64,000 bases of DNA from Octopus vulgaris. Lineage: Eukaryota. The translations under genes and the position numbers were made by a program. The first letter of the stretch is position 1. Every line of letters starts with the position of its first letter. Shown in pieces: positions 11,889-26,152 of this stretch. Below the pieces are notes generated by a model. That model made no database searches and was not told the DNA's origin. It saw nothing but the letters and a program-made list of their open reading frames with translations. The stretch lies in contig OX597827.1 in NCBI GenBank assembly GCA_951406725.2, positions 10,416,001-10,480,000 of the forward strand, written 5' to 3'.

Positions 11889-14564
11889 TATACACACAAA
11901 CATCCATGTTTAAATTTGTGTGTGCATATAATTATATATATGTTTATGCATATATATATATATGCCTGTATACTTACATTTATATATGTAATATGCACAC
12001 ATATATATATATGTGTGTATAAATGTGCATATGCAAATATACTAACACTCACACACATAAGCTCATACATATGCATATCCTTTTACTAGTTTCAGTCTAT
12101 AAATATGTGTGATGGTGAGGGGGGGGGTGCAACAGAACATAACCACATACAATTGTACATACATCCACATATACCCAATAAACATGATTAGAAACAAACT
12201 ACAATCAGATTGCATCCGTATTACAATGAAATATTTAATTCTTATTATCCACCATTTTTTCTGACAGTATTAGTTGATGTAGACGTCTATAAACGTTATT
12301 TAATAATCAGACATTGAAGCCATTTTTTTTTTAATCATTCATCACATATTTGAATTTTGGAAATGTTGTAAAATGAGATAATTACTTACAAGGCTTGGAA
12401 GGTTCTTTAGCTTAAAGAAAGCTTATGTATTTGTAGCACTTCCTGGCAAACATGATGGCAGTGGTGAGACAAAATCCTTAAAATATTAGGTAACATGTCT
12501 ACAGTGTTCAGTTACAAGTCTTTTTTTTCTGAGAGCTAATCCTGATGGTATCAATTTTGCCTTTCATTTTCCTGGGGGTCGATGAAGTAAAGTATTGGTC
12601 AAATGCTAAGGGTTTGTAAAATATTCCAGTAAAGTGTTTTAGACATGATGGAATTATAATAAAAGAAGTTCTTTGCCCTTCATCAAGGTAGTGAAGGATC
12701 AAATATGTTCAGTGACTTTTGCCATCTGCTGAAGGAAGACTAACTTTCACTTTCGCTATCAACTTTATTAAAATCAATCAATGTAATAAAAGATTAGTGA
12801 TTAGTAAATTAGCACACATATGCATTCACCTAAATGCACTTTCACCACTACTTCTTTCTACACTCACGTACATAGATACACATACAGACGCATTACACAT
12901 ACAAATATCCATGTACACTGAAACAAACACAAAGTGGTAATACGTAGTCATAAACACATGCTAATAACATGCACATATACACACATATAAAGCTAGCATC
13001 AAACAACATACAGAGTATAATACCATTTACTCAATCATATACAAACACATGCACAAATGCATTTGCTGTGTTTGGTCCATGTTTCACAAAGAGGATAATA
13101 ATAAAAAAAAATCTTGAAATGGGGTTAGCAATTCCTCCATTACAACAGCAGATGTTCAATTTCAAATGGTTTTTCAGTCAAAATTAGATTTTCAAAATTA
13201 GATTTCAATGTATTGAAACTGTTTGTACATATTGATAAAAAGTAAAAATTTGTATCCATCTGACTGTGTTGATTTGATATTTTCTTGGATGTAAACATCA
13301 TTGTCAAAATACCTTTCATTCTATATCAGAAAAAAATTTAAAATGGGTTAATTATTGTCCCATGAACAGTAAATTTTAATGGTCGGCTTATCATGTTTTA
13401 GAAATCTCAGTATTTTATTTTTTAAATGAACTATCAGCATCCTGCAAAGAAATCTATTGAATTTTTTTTTTATTTTTGCTTTTATTTTTATACATTTGGC
13501 AAGCATTCAATTATCCGTAAGTGTTACTTTTTTTTCATTCTATTCATTAGGTAATTATCAAAGAATTTTTATTTTAAAATCTGATCAAGGAAAAAGCTTT
13601 TGTATCATGAAATCTTTAAAAATCTGATCATTATAGTTAACTTTGAATTATTATCTGAAATTTGCTTTCAGTAACAATATCAATTTTATCTTTATTTTGT
13701 GAAGTACAATTTTTGTTAATTCAACATCCAAGTGACATGAGAAAATTCAGAGGAAATCAACGACATCTTTAGAAATCTTTGAAAATTTATAGACTTGGTC
13801 CATTTTTTTACTTCCTTTTCTTTCTCTCAGTCATGACAATAAGTTTTGACTTGAAATAGAAACTTCTCGGAACTTTTACATATCTAAGAAGCATTTAGAA
13901 TGCAAAGGCTATCATTTTCTCATAAATAAAGATTATGTTTTTAGTATTTATAGCTTTATGTGAAAGTGTAACCATTCCTATCAACATGAACTGTTTTAGG
14001 CTATGTTTAGGTATTTTCACAATCTATCTATAATTGTCATAGTATTATTAGCTGTTTGTCACAGCTACTCTGTTGATAAGTATCGTTTGTTTAACAAAAG
14101 TTTTCACAGCTAAAAATTTATCAACTATATTAGTATATTAGTCAGTCTGCCATATGCTACTTTTATCATCACCAAAGATGAACAATTTTAACTCAGGCAC
14201 AGACAAACTGCATATTTGATTTATTCAATTTTTTTTTTTTTAATATAAAAGAAACATTTAATACCTCGATAAAATGCATCCAGGATATTTCGTGAAATTT
14301 GCCATAAGACAGGCATCCTACCATAGAATCCATGCAAACAGTGAAACTTATGAGTGGAATATGGCTGCCACCCTGTCTGTCTTGGAGAGCAGTAACTCCA
14401 AATAAGAAATTACTCAGACTGTGATGATTCACCTAACTCATTCCGATATGAAAAAGCAAGCGCAAAATGATGACAATGATGACAATGACAAATACTACAA
14501 CAACAGCAATAATAGTTATGATAATTGTAATGATGACGGGTGTTGTTGTTGTTGTTCTTCTTCT

Positions 14565-15045
14565 TCCAATCAGGACTCATGCCATTAGCCACAAAGAATA
14601 ATCTCTAATTCGAGACTACTCTAAGCTGCTAAGAATGTGTGTGGCAACTTGAAGATCCACCCACCACACGCGATAGACTGGTGGTTGCAAGGGCACGAAA
14701 GCTACGTTGTTATCCTCATTCTGTAAACGGTCACTTTTAACAGGTGGAGAGCTGAACCATCCTGGGGTACAGAGGATTCACAATCTAGACTAGGGTCTGA
14801 AAGTTTACCACACCATAGTGGGCTACACCATGGATCCGCTGCTTTGTGGAAGAAGTAGGAAGAAAGAGTGAGAGAAAGTTGTGGTTAAAGAGTACAGCGG
14901 GGTTCACCACCCTCCCCCGCTGGAGCCTCATGGAGCTTAGGTGTTTTTGCTCAATAAACACTCACAATGCCTGTACCAGGAATCGAAACTGTGTTCTTAT
15001 TACTGTGAGTCCACTACCCTAACCACTGGGCCATTGTGCTTCCAC
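14565..15045 (-). mobile_element. SINE with a family B head and an alternative 3' body
   Basis: 15045-14855 matches the family B 5' part. The remainder is unrelated and ends in (GAA)/(CAA) repeats. Confidence 0.6.
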
Positions 15046-15175
15046 GGGTGTTGTTGTTTGTTTTGGTAGTGATCGCCAATCTTTCTCCTCTTGTCTCAAT
15101 GCTTCAGAGTTGGCCTTCAGTTCTTGTTAATACTTTCCTAAATATTTCTATTATTCTCACCATTGTCCTGTTTTC

Positions 15176-15233
<58 letters not shown>

Positions 15234-15523
15234 ATCTACAGCAGGCTTCTTTCAGATTCTATCTATAGTAGAAAACACTTGCCATGCTGAGGAACTGAAC
15301 TCAGAACCATGTGGTCTTAACACACAGCCATACCTGCACCGACACTTTAAATACTAACAATTTTATTGTTAATCTCCAGTGCTATCTGAGTATTGGTTTT
15401 ACTTGTTACACGGATAGGGTACTGTCTACTGTTCATTGTGTACTCAGCGTATATGGTCAGAAATGAAAGATGTGGTGAAATATCATATAAACTGATAGGA
15501 TATCAAGACTTTAAAACGTAATA

Positions 15524-16485
15524 CAGGGCATCCATAAAGTCATGGTGCAATGCTACAAAATTATTTCATTCCTAAGCATGAACAATTAGACCGAACAGAG
15601 AATACAGTTTTGCAACAAGTTGGTGCACTTTGTCACTTTGCTCTGCAAGTTAGGCAGTTTCGAAATGAGAAATTCCCTAACAGATGGATTGGAAGAGGTG
15701 GACTGTTATTTTGGCTGCCATATTCACCAAATTTGGCTCCATTAGATTTTCTTTTTGTGGATACATGTGAAAAGTATTGTTTATAGGTGCAGGAGTGGCT
15801 GTGTGGTAAGTAGCTTGCTTACCAACCACATGGTTCCAGGTTCAATCCCACTGCATGGCATCTTGGGCAATTGTTTTCTACTATAGCCTCGGGCTGACCA
15901 AAGTCTTGTGAGTGGATTTGGTAAATGGAAACTGAAGAAAGCTCGTTGTATATATGTATATATATATATGTATGTATGTGTTTATATATGCTTGTGTGTC
16001 TGTGTTTGTCCCCCCCAACATTGCTTGACAACTGATGCTGGTGTGTTCACGTCCCCATAACTTAGCAGTTCAGCAAAAAGAGCCCGATAGAATAAGTACT
16101 AGGCTTACAAAGAATAAGTCCTGGTGACAATTTGGCCGACTAAAGGCAATGCTCCAGCATGACCACAGTCAAATGACTGAAACAAGTAAATGAGTAAAAG
16201 AGTAAAAGAGTATTCCACTAAGCCTCGACCTTTAGAAAATTTGAAAGCAAGGATAACTGATATGATTGAAAGTATCTCTGCAGCTGGAAAATATTTTTTG
16301 AGAACTACAGAATCGTATTTCTCTTTGTATTATTAATGATGGTGGGCATGTTTTACAAAATTGAGAAGAAGAATAAAAAATTTAGGTCATTTTCCTTTCT
16401 TATTCTTTTTACAGATTAATTCTATTGTGTGTATTTATGAAGATACAGATATTTTAAATTGCACCATGACTTTATGGACACCCCG
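15524..16485 (+). mobile_element. Internally deleted Tc1/mariner-superfamily transposon interrupted by a SINE A
   Basis: TIRs CAGGGCATCCATAAAGTCATGGTGCAAT / ATTGCACCATGACTTTATGGACACCCCG with a 5' TA. Peptide LQQVGA...FPNRWIGRGG...WLPYSPNLAPLDF is a decayed DDD/E domain. Confidence 0.85.
15784..16210 (+). mobile_element. SINE family A nested in the Tc1/mariner remnant
   Basis: Matches 5841-6248. Confidence 0.9.
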
Positions 16486-16553
16486 TGCTATTAAGTTAGA
16501 CATGGCCTGGGCCAATAATGGCCGAAACCTATCAAAGTATCAAAGTATCAAAG

Positions 16554-16588
<35 letters not shown>

Positions 16589-16979
16589 GCAGACTGGGTC
16601 TAAAACTATTGGTTGCCAGGAGATTAAAGGGCCTACCCCCAACTACAAGGAGGCCCACCCACAACTACAATGCTATCATTTATTTATTTATTTGTTAAAA
16701 GTATTCTCAACTGCCTACAAACACAGCCAGGCTGAAATAATTAATGTATTCTTCCAGGAATGAAAATTCTCAAACTTGAGGGGATGGGCCCCTTAGATAC
16801 TAACATGGGTCACCGATATATGGATTCTAATGCCACAGGGGCCCACTTGCCATTAGGCAAGCTGGCAACCTGGCCAGTCCACCACTGTATATATATATAT
16901 ATATATATATGTGAATTCGTGTGTACCGTTGGCAATTTTTTCCTCTGTCTTCCCTTCTCTGGATCTTTCCTTTTCCTAT

Positions 16980-17014
16980 GTTTCTGACGAAGAGCTCCGC
17001 TCGAAACGTTAAAC
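16980..17014 (+). ncRNA. Minimal type I hammerhead ribozyme motif in a ~205-bp (TA)n-flanked element (16911-17116)
   Basis: gttt-CTGACGA-a-gagc-tcc-gctc-GAAA-cg-TT-aaac. Stems I and II pair, and AACGTT is palindromic, as in minimal Penelope-type HHRs. Confidence 0.7.
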
Positions 17015-17110
17015 CCTCCTTCTTTCCTTCTTTCCTGAGCGTCCAATAATACTATATTTGTTCCACGTCCTCGCGTTGTTGTGTTTTTTTGTGCTTTCTT
17101 GTTTGGATTA

Positions 17111-17151
<41 letters not shown>

Positions 17152-17399
17152 GACTTTAATATACTTAACAAATTTTTTATTGAGTTTATATGTGTACATA
17201 AATGAAAACTCATGCTATAACATTATAGTTTGTCGTAAGTTGTTATTATGTGATAACACTACAAAACAACTATTGAACTAAATTGTGATGGGCAACCGAA
17301 TTTCTCTTAAAATTATATTGTATTAAGTTTATATGCACATATTTCATTCCAGAGACTTTGAGTTAGTTACATTACAGCACTGCTGACTGAACATGTGTA

Positions 17400-17860
17400 A
17401 CTCGTTAAGCAGATATATTTGACTTCAGTATCAAATTTCAATTCCATGACAGTGGAAGACAGAGTTCAGAAGTAATCCATCACTGAAGAGAATGATTAAT
17501 ATACTGCTTTGCAAGTAGGAGAGTACAGGTTCAATTAATGCTGAACTAAGTGTCAGTTAGGACAGAAAAGAATGTTTCATCAGCTTTCATGAGCAACATC
17601 CTCAGGCTTTGACATGCAAGGCTCATATCAAGTAAATATCAGCTAAACATCATTTGGTCCATTCTGAAGGATTTAAATTGATGTTGCTTCTCTCAAGACT
17701 AATACACTAAATGAAGACAATTTTGGTTATTGAGCACTATTCTGCAAAGATATGTTGATGTTCTTAGGAAATGAAAATTTGGTCAAATTTCATGTGGTTG
17801 ATGTTCTTAATTAATACAACTACTGGAATGAATCATTAGCTCATTTGTACATTAAAAAAG
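17400..17860 (+). mobile_element. Highly decayed Tc1-like transposase remnant
   Basis: Fragmentary translation (LNEDNFGY*ALFCKDML) resembles the region upstream of the first catalytic D. Confidence 0.3.
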
Positions 17861-18244
17861 AGTTAATTAAGTAATATAAAGATGTACATGAATACAAACA
17901 ATAAAGAATAAATCAAATATCATTATATGACTTGGCCTCATTCTTGGATTGCAAAAATGTGAAAACTTTCGATCAGAATTTTCGTGTGTGTGTGTATTTA
18001 TTTATACACATAAATGCATATCAAGCCACAATATATGGATTCAACTAATCTAGTGGTACTAGTATAAAAAGCTCTTTAATGTATCATTCTACAAAATACA
18101 CAGAATACATAGTATGATGCAAAATAAAACATAAGAAGCGTTAAGATTATAAATAGAGAAATATGCTATAATAAAATTTATTTTACCATTGTATATCCAT
18201 GGAATATATGTGTATGTATATACATATATACATATATACATACA

Positions 18245-18440
18245 TCAGCACCATGATAGATCATTAGCCACTACACACATTTTTTCTCTCCTTGTTTTTT
18301 CTGTATCCCCTTCTGTAGAAGAGCGTAGGCTCAAAACCTAAAAGACTTTTTCTATTCCTGAGCATTATACTAATACATCTGTTTGTTTTGTACACCACCT
18401 GTCTTCGTCTTTTGTTTTTTTTTTGTAAACTCTCCCTATA
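18245..18440 (+). mobile_element. (TA)n-anchored short element with a decayed hammerhead-like motif
   Basis: Homologous to 60487-60670 (minus). Motif cctt-CTGTAGA-a-gagc-gtag-gctc-AAAA-cc-TA-aaag at 18309-18344; ends CTCTCCCTATA. Confidence 0.65.
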
Positions 18441-18959
18441 TATATATATATATATATATATGTTGCTCCTCTCAAGACTAATTTATATATATAAAGTGAA
18501 CAACAGGTTGTATGGTTCACCACATTGATAAATCAAAGGTAGGACAGAAAGAACATAACAGGTAGGATCGAACAAAACACAACACGAGAAAAGATAGATG
18601 ATAATGTAAGTGATAACATAGACAATAACATAAGAAGAAATAAACAGGACAGAAACAAGATACATGGAACATTCAAAGCAAATTTCTTGCTCAAAATTTT
18701 ATTACCATTAATTGCTTTGAAAAAATTTCTCCTTACTGTGAGAAAAAGAGACATGCCAAAAAACATTTTGCAAAAAAGAATTACAAAATACAAATATGAA
18801 AATCGAGCCTACAGGAGACACCAAAAAGAGGTATTGCAGAAACAGAAATTATCAACTCTAATTTTTGACTGAAATTATTCCCAAGTTCAGTCTCACTCAA
18901 TAATCACAACTCAGAACATAAAGAATCAGAACAATTACTATCATTGAGCCTAAATCAGA

Positions 18960-18960
18960 A

Positions 18961-19020
<60 letters not shown>

Positions 19021-19045
19021 GCTACTGCTGCTGCTGCTGCTGCTA
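18960..19045. repeat. (CTA)n/(CTG)n microsatellite
   Basis: Direct reading. Confidence 0.95.
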
Positions 19046-20294
19046 TCAAGACAGATGGAGGAGGAGGAAAACTTGACTTCTATTTCTAGTATGTTTAATA
19101 TCCAACGGGATGTAACAGGGTACTTCTAGAGGAATTAGACCAAGAGTGACTTAAAAAGAAGTAAGGACTGTTTTATAACTGAATTTTTGTCACCTCATTT
19201 ATGACTGGTGGGGAGTGTCTCAGTTTTCATTAGATTCTAAATATTTTCTCCTTAGTTTTTGGAAATTTGTTTTTAAAAAGACGATGACATGTGATCAAAA
19301 TGCATAAGATATACTATATTGCAAACTCAGCCAAACTATTTCAGCATAAAACATAAATAAGCATGAGACCATAATAATGATAATTAATATACATATAGTA
19401 ATCTCTGACTAAGGCCATTAAGATAAAGGAAGTAATTATCCCTTCAAAACAAGGCAAGATTAGAAATTTCAGATTGAAATTTAGGAGCACAGTGAAGAAG
19501 ATGCATAGAGTTTGCAAATATTTTTTCACCATTACAAACTTCTTACAATTTCCAGTTGGTCGTAATTATGTGTAGCACTATTTCATTCTCTTTAGAAATC
19601 TTCAGTATGATTTAACCTGTAACACTTTAAGAGCATATATTACAAAGAGAGGCATTTCATTAAAATTCAGATAGAATTAATTATAGTATGGAGGATATTT
19701 TGCTAACCATAATGATAATGAGACTGAAATAAAATAGTTCTTTCTCAGAGACCAGTGTCTTGAAACTAGAGTTACTGGAAAAAGTATTCACTTAACATCC
19801 GTTTTCCCATGGCACCAAGGGCTGGATAGGAACATATTAGTGGCAGGGTTTTATGATCTGTTGCCCTCCTGTCGATTTTAATGTGTGAGTGATCAATTTT
19901 ATGTAAAGTATCTCACAAACGCATATTCTCTTAATGTAAATTCATTTTCTAAGTATAATTAGGGTGAGATGCTGTGACAAAGCTGAACATTTACTGATAC
20001 AGTCAATTTTACAGGTTTCTACATAGTTTCCACCCACCTAAATATATTCACAAGGCTTGAAAAAACCCAAAGCTGAGATAAAACACTCAAGATGCTATAG
20101 AGTGGAATTGAACCTGAGACCACACAGTGGTGAAGTGAACTTCTTCATCGCATAGCCATGTCAGTCTCCATCCACGTGTGTGTGTTTGTGTGTATGTAAT
20201 TATAGTTATAATCATTAATTAATGTAATATAATTATGAATGAATAGCATAGACAGCTATAATTATTACTGTACATTTAGCTATGCATGCATGAG

Positions 20295-20357
<63 letters not shown>

Positions 20358-20372
20358 ATATGTATGTGTATG

Positions 20373-20403
<31 letters not shown>

Positions 20404-21427
20404 ATGCATATACATGTTTGAGTGCGTATTTGCAGATGTATTTGTTTGTATTGATATATTGATATTCATCTTTAATATTCTATGTGCTAACAGACATACA
20501 CATTTGAGAAGAGCAGTTTTATATCCCCCACCACCACGTAAAACGTCTTTACTCCAAGAAATTCAAAATAATTATTTTCTATCTTCTTTAACATTTTTTC
20601 ACAATTTCTTTCTTTCTTCTCTTCCTCTAATTTTAGCAAACATGTTTCAGTTTTTCCTCCTGCTTTTCAGTCCAATGTAGTGTCCTTCTCCGCAGATTTT
20701 TCTGTTGAATTGAATCATCTCAGTTTAAATGGTTCACATCTGGTCAACATCGATTATTTTTACACCCAGCAAGGCAGATTAAATTAGACAGCTGGTCTGA
20801 ACTTTCTACATATCTATCATGTTTCATCAATTTTTCAAATCTTATTGGGTTTTACCTTTTTTCCCAGCCCCACTACTTCAGTGTGTAGCTTTTTAATAGC
20901 ATTATGAATTCAATTTTCTCTAATAGATGTCAAGGTATTTTCCCCAGCTATTCAAGCTTATGTTACTTAAATTAAATAATGCTGATTTGCTTTGTGAATG
21001 CAGTTTTTACTGTTGGCAAGTAGTACCAGTCATCCTTGTATGTTCAAGCAAGATAAAGAAGTTTGAACAATTTGTATCATGTAGCCAAGATATGCTGTCA
21101 TTTATTGTATGTATTCTGTCTTCTGCCATCCAACGTTTTGTCATTGTGAGATGCTGATTGGCTTTCAGAATATGTAGCATTTTGCTTGTAGAATTTGTCT
21201 AACATATCTAGTGAGTCTATGTTGTCACACAGTCTGGTAGGTTGCAACTGTGGTGGGTAGGTAGGTAGGTAGGTAGGTAGTTCTGTTCTGGAGGTAATAA
21301 AACTGACTGTAAAACACAAGAGAAGTCAGCTTTCAAAATACCAGCAAAAGTGTGCTGCAAAGATGACTGCACTTGTATAGAGATGAGTCTGTTTTTTTTT
21401 ATTTTACTTATGTATTTGTTTTATTAT

Positions 21428-21459
<32 letters not shown>

Positions 21460-21673
21460 GTCATCCTGCCTATTTTAGGCAAGATCCTGGGGTCATTCTT
21501 CAGTACCTCATTCCATGTCTTCCTGGGTCTTCCTTTTCCGCGTGTTCAATCCATTTGTTTTTGCTAAATACATTCTTGAATGATAACCATGTTAGATGCA
21601 TGAGATCAATGAGGGATTGAACTGGTCTATCAAAGTTCATTTTTGAACAAACAATGAGCTCTCAACTATAATA

Positions 21674-22239
21674 TTGGGTTGTCTGGAAAGTTTGTACCAA
21701 TTTACAGTAGCTTACCTTTCGACTTATTTCAGAACATGGTCGAGTCCATAAAATAGGATTTGACTACACCTCCATTTAGAGCACAGTTTAAGCTATCTTT
21801 TCGTGGAAGAAGGTTTATGTTCCTATAACCTGTGTTAATTCTGTAACCCTTTAAAATGGAAGATAAGAAAGTTCATTTTCGGCATTTGATGCTTTGGGAA
21901 CCAGACAAAAATTGCTGCAGCTCAACTGGGATGTGTTACCCAACCCTCTATATTCACCAGATATTGCTCCTTCAGATTTCCACTTAGTCAGGTCTCTGCA
22001 GAATAGTCTTAATGGTAAAAATTTCAATTCCTTGGATGACGTAAAAAAATACTTTGATGAATTCTTTGCCATGAAACCACCTCAGTTCTGGGAAGAGGGT
22101 ATTTTCAAGTTAAAGGAAAGATGGAGATGCGTTGTGCAACAAAATAGTTCATATTTGGTTGATTAAAAATGTAATGGCAAGCATTTATTGACCTTTTTCT
22201 TTCCTTTAAAAATCAGCACGAACTTTCCGGACAACCCAA
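21674..22239 (+). mobile_element. Internally deleted mariner element
   Basis: TA-flanked TIRs TTGGGTTGTCTGGAAAGTT / AACTTTCCGGACAACCCAA. N-terminal MEDKKVHFRHLML abuts C-terminal YSPDIAPSDFHL...GIFKLKERW. Confidence 0.92.
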
Positions 22240-22589
22240 TATTTACACAGAGAAAATAAGAATCTATGCATATTGAAGACTAAGAAAAATATAAGGAAAA
22301 TTAGGAAGCCCAGCTTTCAGGTTATAGAGCTTTATAGAGAAGATAATGGAAAGTAAGGAGGAATCTTTGTTGTTGAGGCTGTTCTTCTTTGCCCCAGGTG
22401 AGCTCTGAATGAATATGCTTATGATCAATAATGATTATAATTTAGTCCAGTTTATGACCAACCTGTTATTATTTATCTAGAATTTGTGCTTCTCAATGTA
22501 GCCTTCCTTTTTTTAAGACAGTATAGGACAAACAGTATAGGATAGAAATGAAAGTAGATTTGGCTGGTATTTCTCATGGATAGAGTTTC

Positions 22590-22832
22590 TAAATTGGCTC
22601 AAACAAGAAAGTTTATGCCATATTAGTTTCTTGCACAAGGCCAATAATTTCAGGAGAGGGATTAACTCAATCACATCGCCTCCAGTGCTCAGTTGGTACT
22701 TCATTAATCGACCCCAAACAGAAGAAAGGCGAAGCTGACCTCAGCAGAATTTGAGCTCAGAACACAAGGATGGACAAAATCCACCTACACATTTTGTCTG
22801 GCATGCTAATGATTCTGCCAGCTCACTGCCTT
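22590..22832 (-). mobile_element. Diverged SINE family C variant
   Basis: Head and central block similar to family C, with a different tail. Confidence 0.6.
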
Positions 22833-22904
22833 AAATGTCTGCTAAAATGCAGACTAATTTAATTCAATTCTGTATGAGAAACTAGATTCTAGAATGTTGA
22901 CAAT

Positions 22905-23239
22905 AGCCTTGTTGTTGTTGTTTTTTTGTTGTTGTTACTGGTAGCAATCTGGTGGTGATGGTGGTGGTAGCAGTGGTGGTTGAAGTGGTAGTGCTAGTGG
23001 TGCTAGTGCTGGTGCTGCCACTGTGAATGGTTTTGGCAGTGGTGGCGGTAGTACTGATGATGATGATTATGTTGATGGTGTGATGTTGATGATGATGAGA
23101 ATAATAATGATGACGATGATGACGATGACAATGGTGGTGATGATGATGATAATCATAACAACAATGATGCTGATGATGATGATGATTATGCTGAGTATGA
23201 TGCTGATAGCGGTAGCGGGGAAGTGATGGTAATATTTGA

Positions 23240-23273
<34 letters not shown>

Positions 23274-23310
23274 GGTGTTGGTGGTGGTGGTGGTGATGAT
23301 GATCATGATG
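22905..23310. repeat. Compound (GAT/GGT/GTT)n trinucleotide tract
   Basis: Direct reading. Confidence 0.9.
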
Positions 23311-23642
23311 AATGTCTTCAGTGTTGCCCCAATAACCCATCAGTTTACAGAACATATTTCATTTTTCCAATACTCTATTTCTCTTGATAAATAATGTTTT
23401 CTTTTTTGCCTTTCTCTTGTCCTGAATATTTTATAAGCCACTGGTGTAAAGTAGTGGAGCAGTATATATATATATATATATAGTCAAATAGTCAACTGAT
23501 GAAATCTATAATCCAGTTCATATTTTCACTTAGTTGTTTGGTGGTAGGTATCGGAAAATTTATATTTCACATTCGTTATAAATATTTAAATTGGTATCTG
23601 TGTGTATGCATCAATATCTGTGTGTGTGTGTGGTGTGTGTGC

Positions 23643-23675
<33 letters not shown>

Positions 23676-23774
23676 AGAGAGAGAGAGAGAGAGAATTATG
23701 TGGGTAAACAAATTAAGTACATTAAACATATTAAATATAATAATTTGGGTATGAAATACAAAATATGTATATAT

Positions 23775-23944
23775 AGGCTTAGGAGTGGCTGTGTGGTAAG
23801 TAGTTTGCTTATGAACCACATGGTTCCGGGTTCAGTCCCACTGCGTGGCACCTTGGGCAAATGTCTTCTGCTAGGGCCGCGGGATGTCCAAAGCCTTGTG
23901 AGTAGATTTGGTAGACAGAAACTGAAAGAAGCCTGTCGTATATA

Positions 23945-23979
<35 letters not shown>

Positions 23980-24190
23980 TTGTGTGTCTGTCTTTGTACT
24001 CCCGACATCGCTTGACAAGCGATGCTGGTGTGTTTATGTTCCCCGTAACTTAGTGGTTCGGTGAAAGAGACCGATAGAATAAGTACTAGGCTTACAAAGA
24101 ATAAGTCCTGGTGTCGATTTGCTCGACTAAAGGTGGTGCTCCAGCATGGCCACAGTCAGATGACTGAAACAAGTAAAACAGTAAAAGAGT
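23775..24190 (+). mobile_element. SINE family A
   Basis: Matches 5841-6248. Confidence 0.9.
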
Positions 24191-24699
24191 GAAAGAACTT
24201 TATTATGAAAGAATTTTCCTCTTCACAAATAGTTTGATTGTGGAGCAATGAGTGAGAGCCAAGAAAATCCTTGCGATTAGAATCTGATAAGCTTGATTCT
24301 TGTCAACTTAACTGTTTTCCTCGGAGATGTTGGGCACCATAACAAAACATGGAAAGAGATAATGTTTTCTTCTTCATCTATTTTACCAAACAAGAGTAAA
24401 CCTGTCATTGAATTCAAGTATTTCAGTTTCTTCTGTTAAGGGATCACTTTTTTGCTGTTTTCAAGAAGTATTTTTCTTTCTTGCTGTTTTTTTTTTCTTT
24501 TTTTTTTGCTGCTAAAGGACAAGAACTACAAAACATTTGCTCAGAAGGCAATGAGATTCTGACCAAAAAAAGAGCATCCAAAAAATAAATAAACAAATAA
24601 ATAAATAAATAAATAAATAAAATTAAATTGATCTTGACAAATGTCACTGAAGACAGAGATTAAACATCTTCCCCATGGAATATTTTACCGTTTATCTAT

Positions 24700-24896
24700 T
24701 ATTTGTTTCAGCCATTTAAGCCACTGCCTTTAAGAATTTTAGTTGAAAGGATCAATCTCAGTACATATTTTCTTTTAAGCTTGGGGGTACTTCTTCAATC
24801 AGTCCCTATTGCCAAACAGCTAAATTATAGGGATGTAATCACACCAACACTAGTTGCCATGTGGTAGCATGGGACAAACACAGACACACAGACACA

Positions 24897-24933
<37 letters not shown>

Positions 24934-25130
24934 CACACACACACACACACACACACATGCAGCACACACCTACGACAGGCTTCTTTCAGTTTCTGTCTAT
25001 CAAATCCACTCACAAAGCCCTTTATTGATCTGAAACTATTGTAGAAAACACTTGCCCAAGGTGCCACATATTGGGACTGAACCCTGAATCGTACGGTTGA
25101 GAAGCAAACTTCTAACCGCACGTCTGCACC
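24700..25130 (-). mobile_element. SINE family A (diverged)
   Basis: Reverse-complement similarity to family A, with internal (CA)n. Confidence 0.75.
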
Positions 25131-25556
25131 AAGAAGATTCTGAGCCTCCATGCTTAAAATTGTTTTATCGTTTATCATTTACCTGTTTTCTAACATTGGA
25201 CTGCAATCATGTTCCGTCACTGCCTTGAAGCATTTTGAATCAAACAAATCGATCCCAGGACTTATCTAATGCCTGATTCTTATTCTATTGATCTGTATTG
25301 CAGAATCACTAAGAATGCATGTTGTTAACTTTCTCCTTGTCCAAACATACATTTGTATGTGTGCATATTTAGTCATATACATGCATAAATATGTATGCAT
25401 GTTTATGGATACCATGTAGAAGCGCATAACCTTTTCTTATTTCTTTTTCAATGAAATGAAAGGCAACATGTTCAATTTTCCTGCTCACTGCATATTTGCT
25501 ACATGTAGCCGTATATGAACATACATGTTGATTATATGGATTTATGGATATCAAAC

Positions 25557-25562
25557 TTGGCA

Positions 25563-25593
<31 letters not shown>

Positions 25594-25798
25594 CGACAAT
25601 GACGATAATGATGTCAACAATGATGATGACGACGATGATGATGACAACAGTGATGACGACAACAATGGCAATGATGATGATGATGACGATAACGATGATG
25701 ATGACGATGATGATTGTGATGGTGGTAGTGATAGTGGTGGTGCTGTGCTGGTGGTGTAATGATAATGATGATGATAACAATTATAATAATGATGATGG

Positions 25799-25830
<32 letters not shown>

Positions 25831-25897
25831 GTGATGGTTGTGGTAGTGGTTGTGATGATGGTAATGATGCGGGCAATAACGACGACAATGTCGATGA

Positions 25898-25931
<34 letters not shown>

Positions 25932-26108
25932 GGTAGTGGTGATAGTGGTGCTGGTGGTGTGGTAGTGGTGATAGTGGTGCTGGTGGTGCTGGTGGTGGTT
26001 ATGGTGGTGGGAGTAGTGATAATAATGATGATAATGATGATAATGATGCTGGTGACGGTAATGGTGGTGATGGTTGTGGTGGTGATGGTGGTAATGATGA
26101 TGGCAATA

Positions 26109-26152
<44 letters not shown>

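Noticed and set aside
23490-23570. CTGATGA...GGAAA after a TA tract
   Set aside because: Stem II is out of register and there is no convincing stem I or III.
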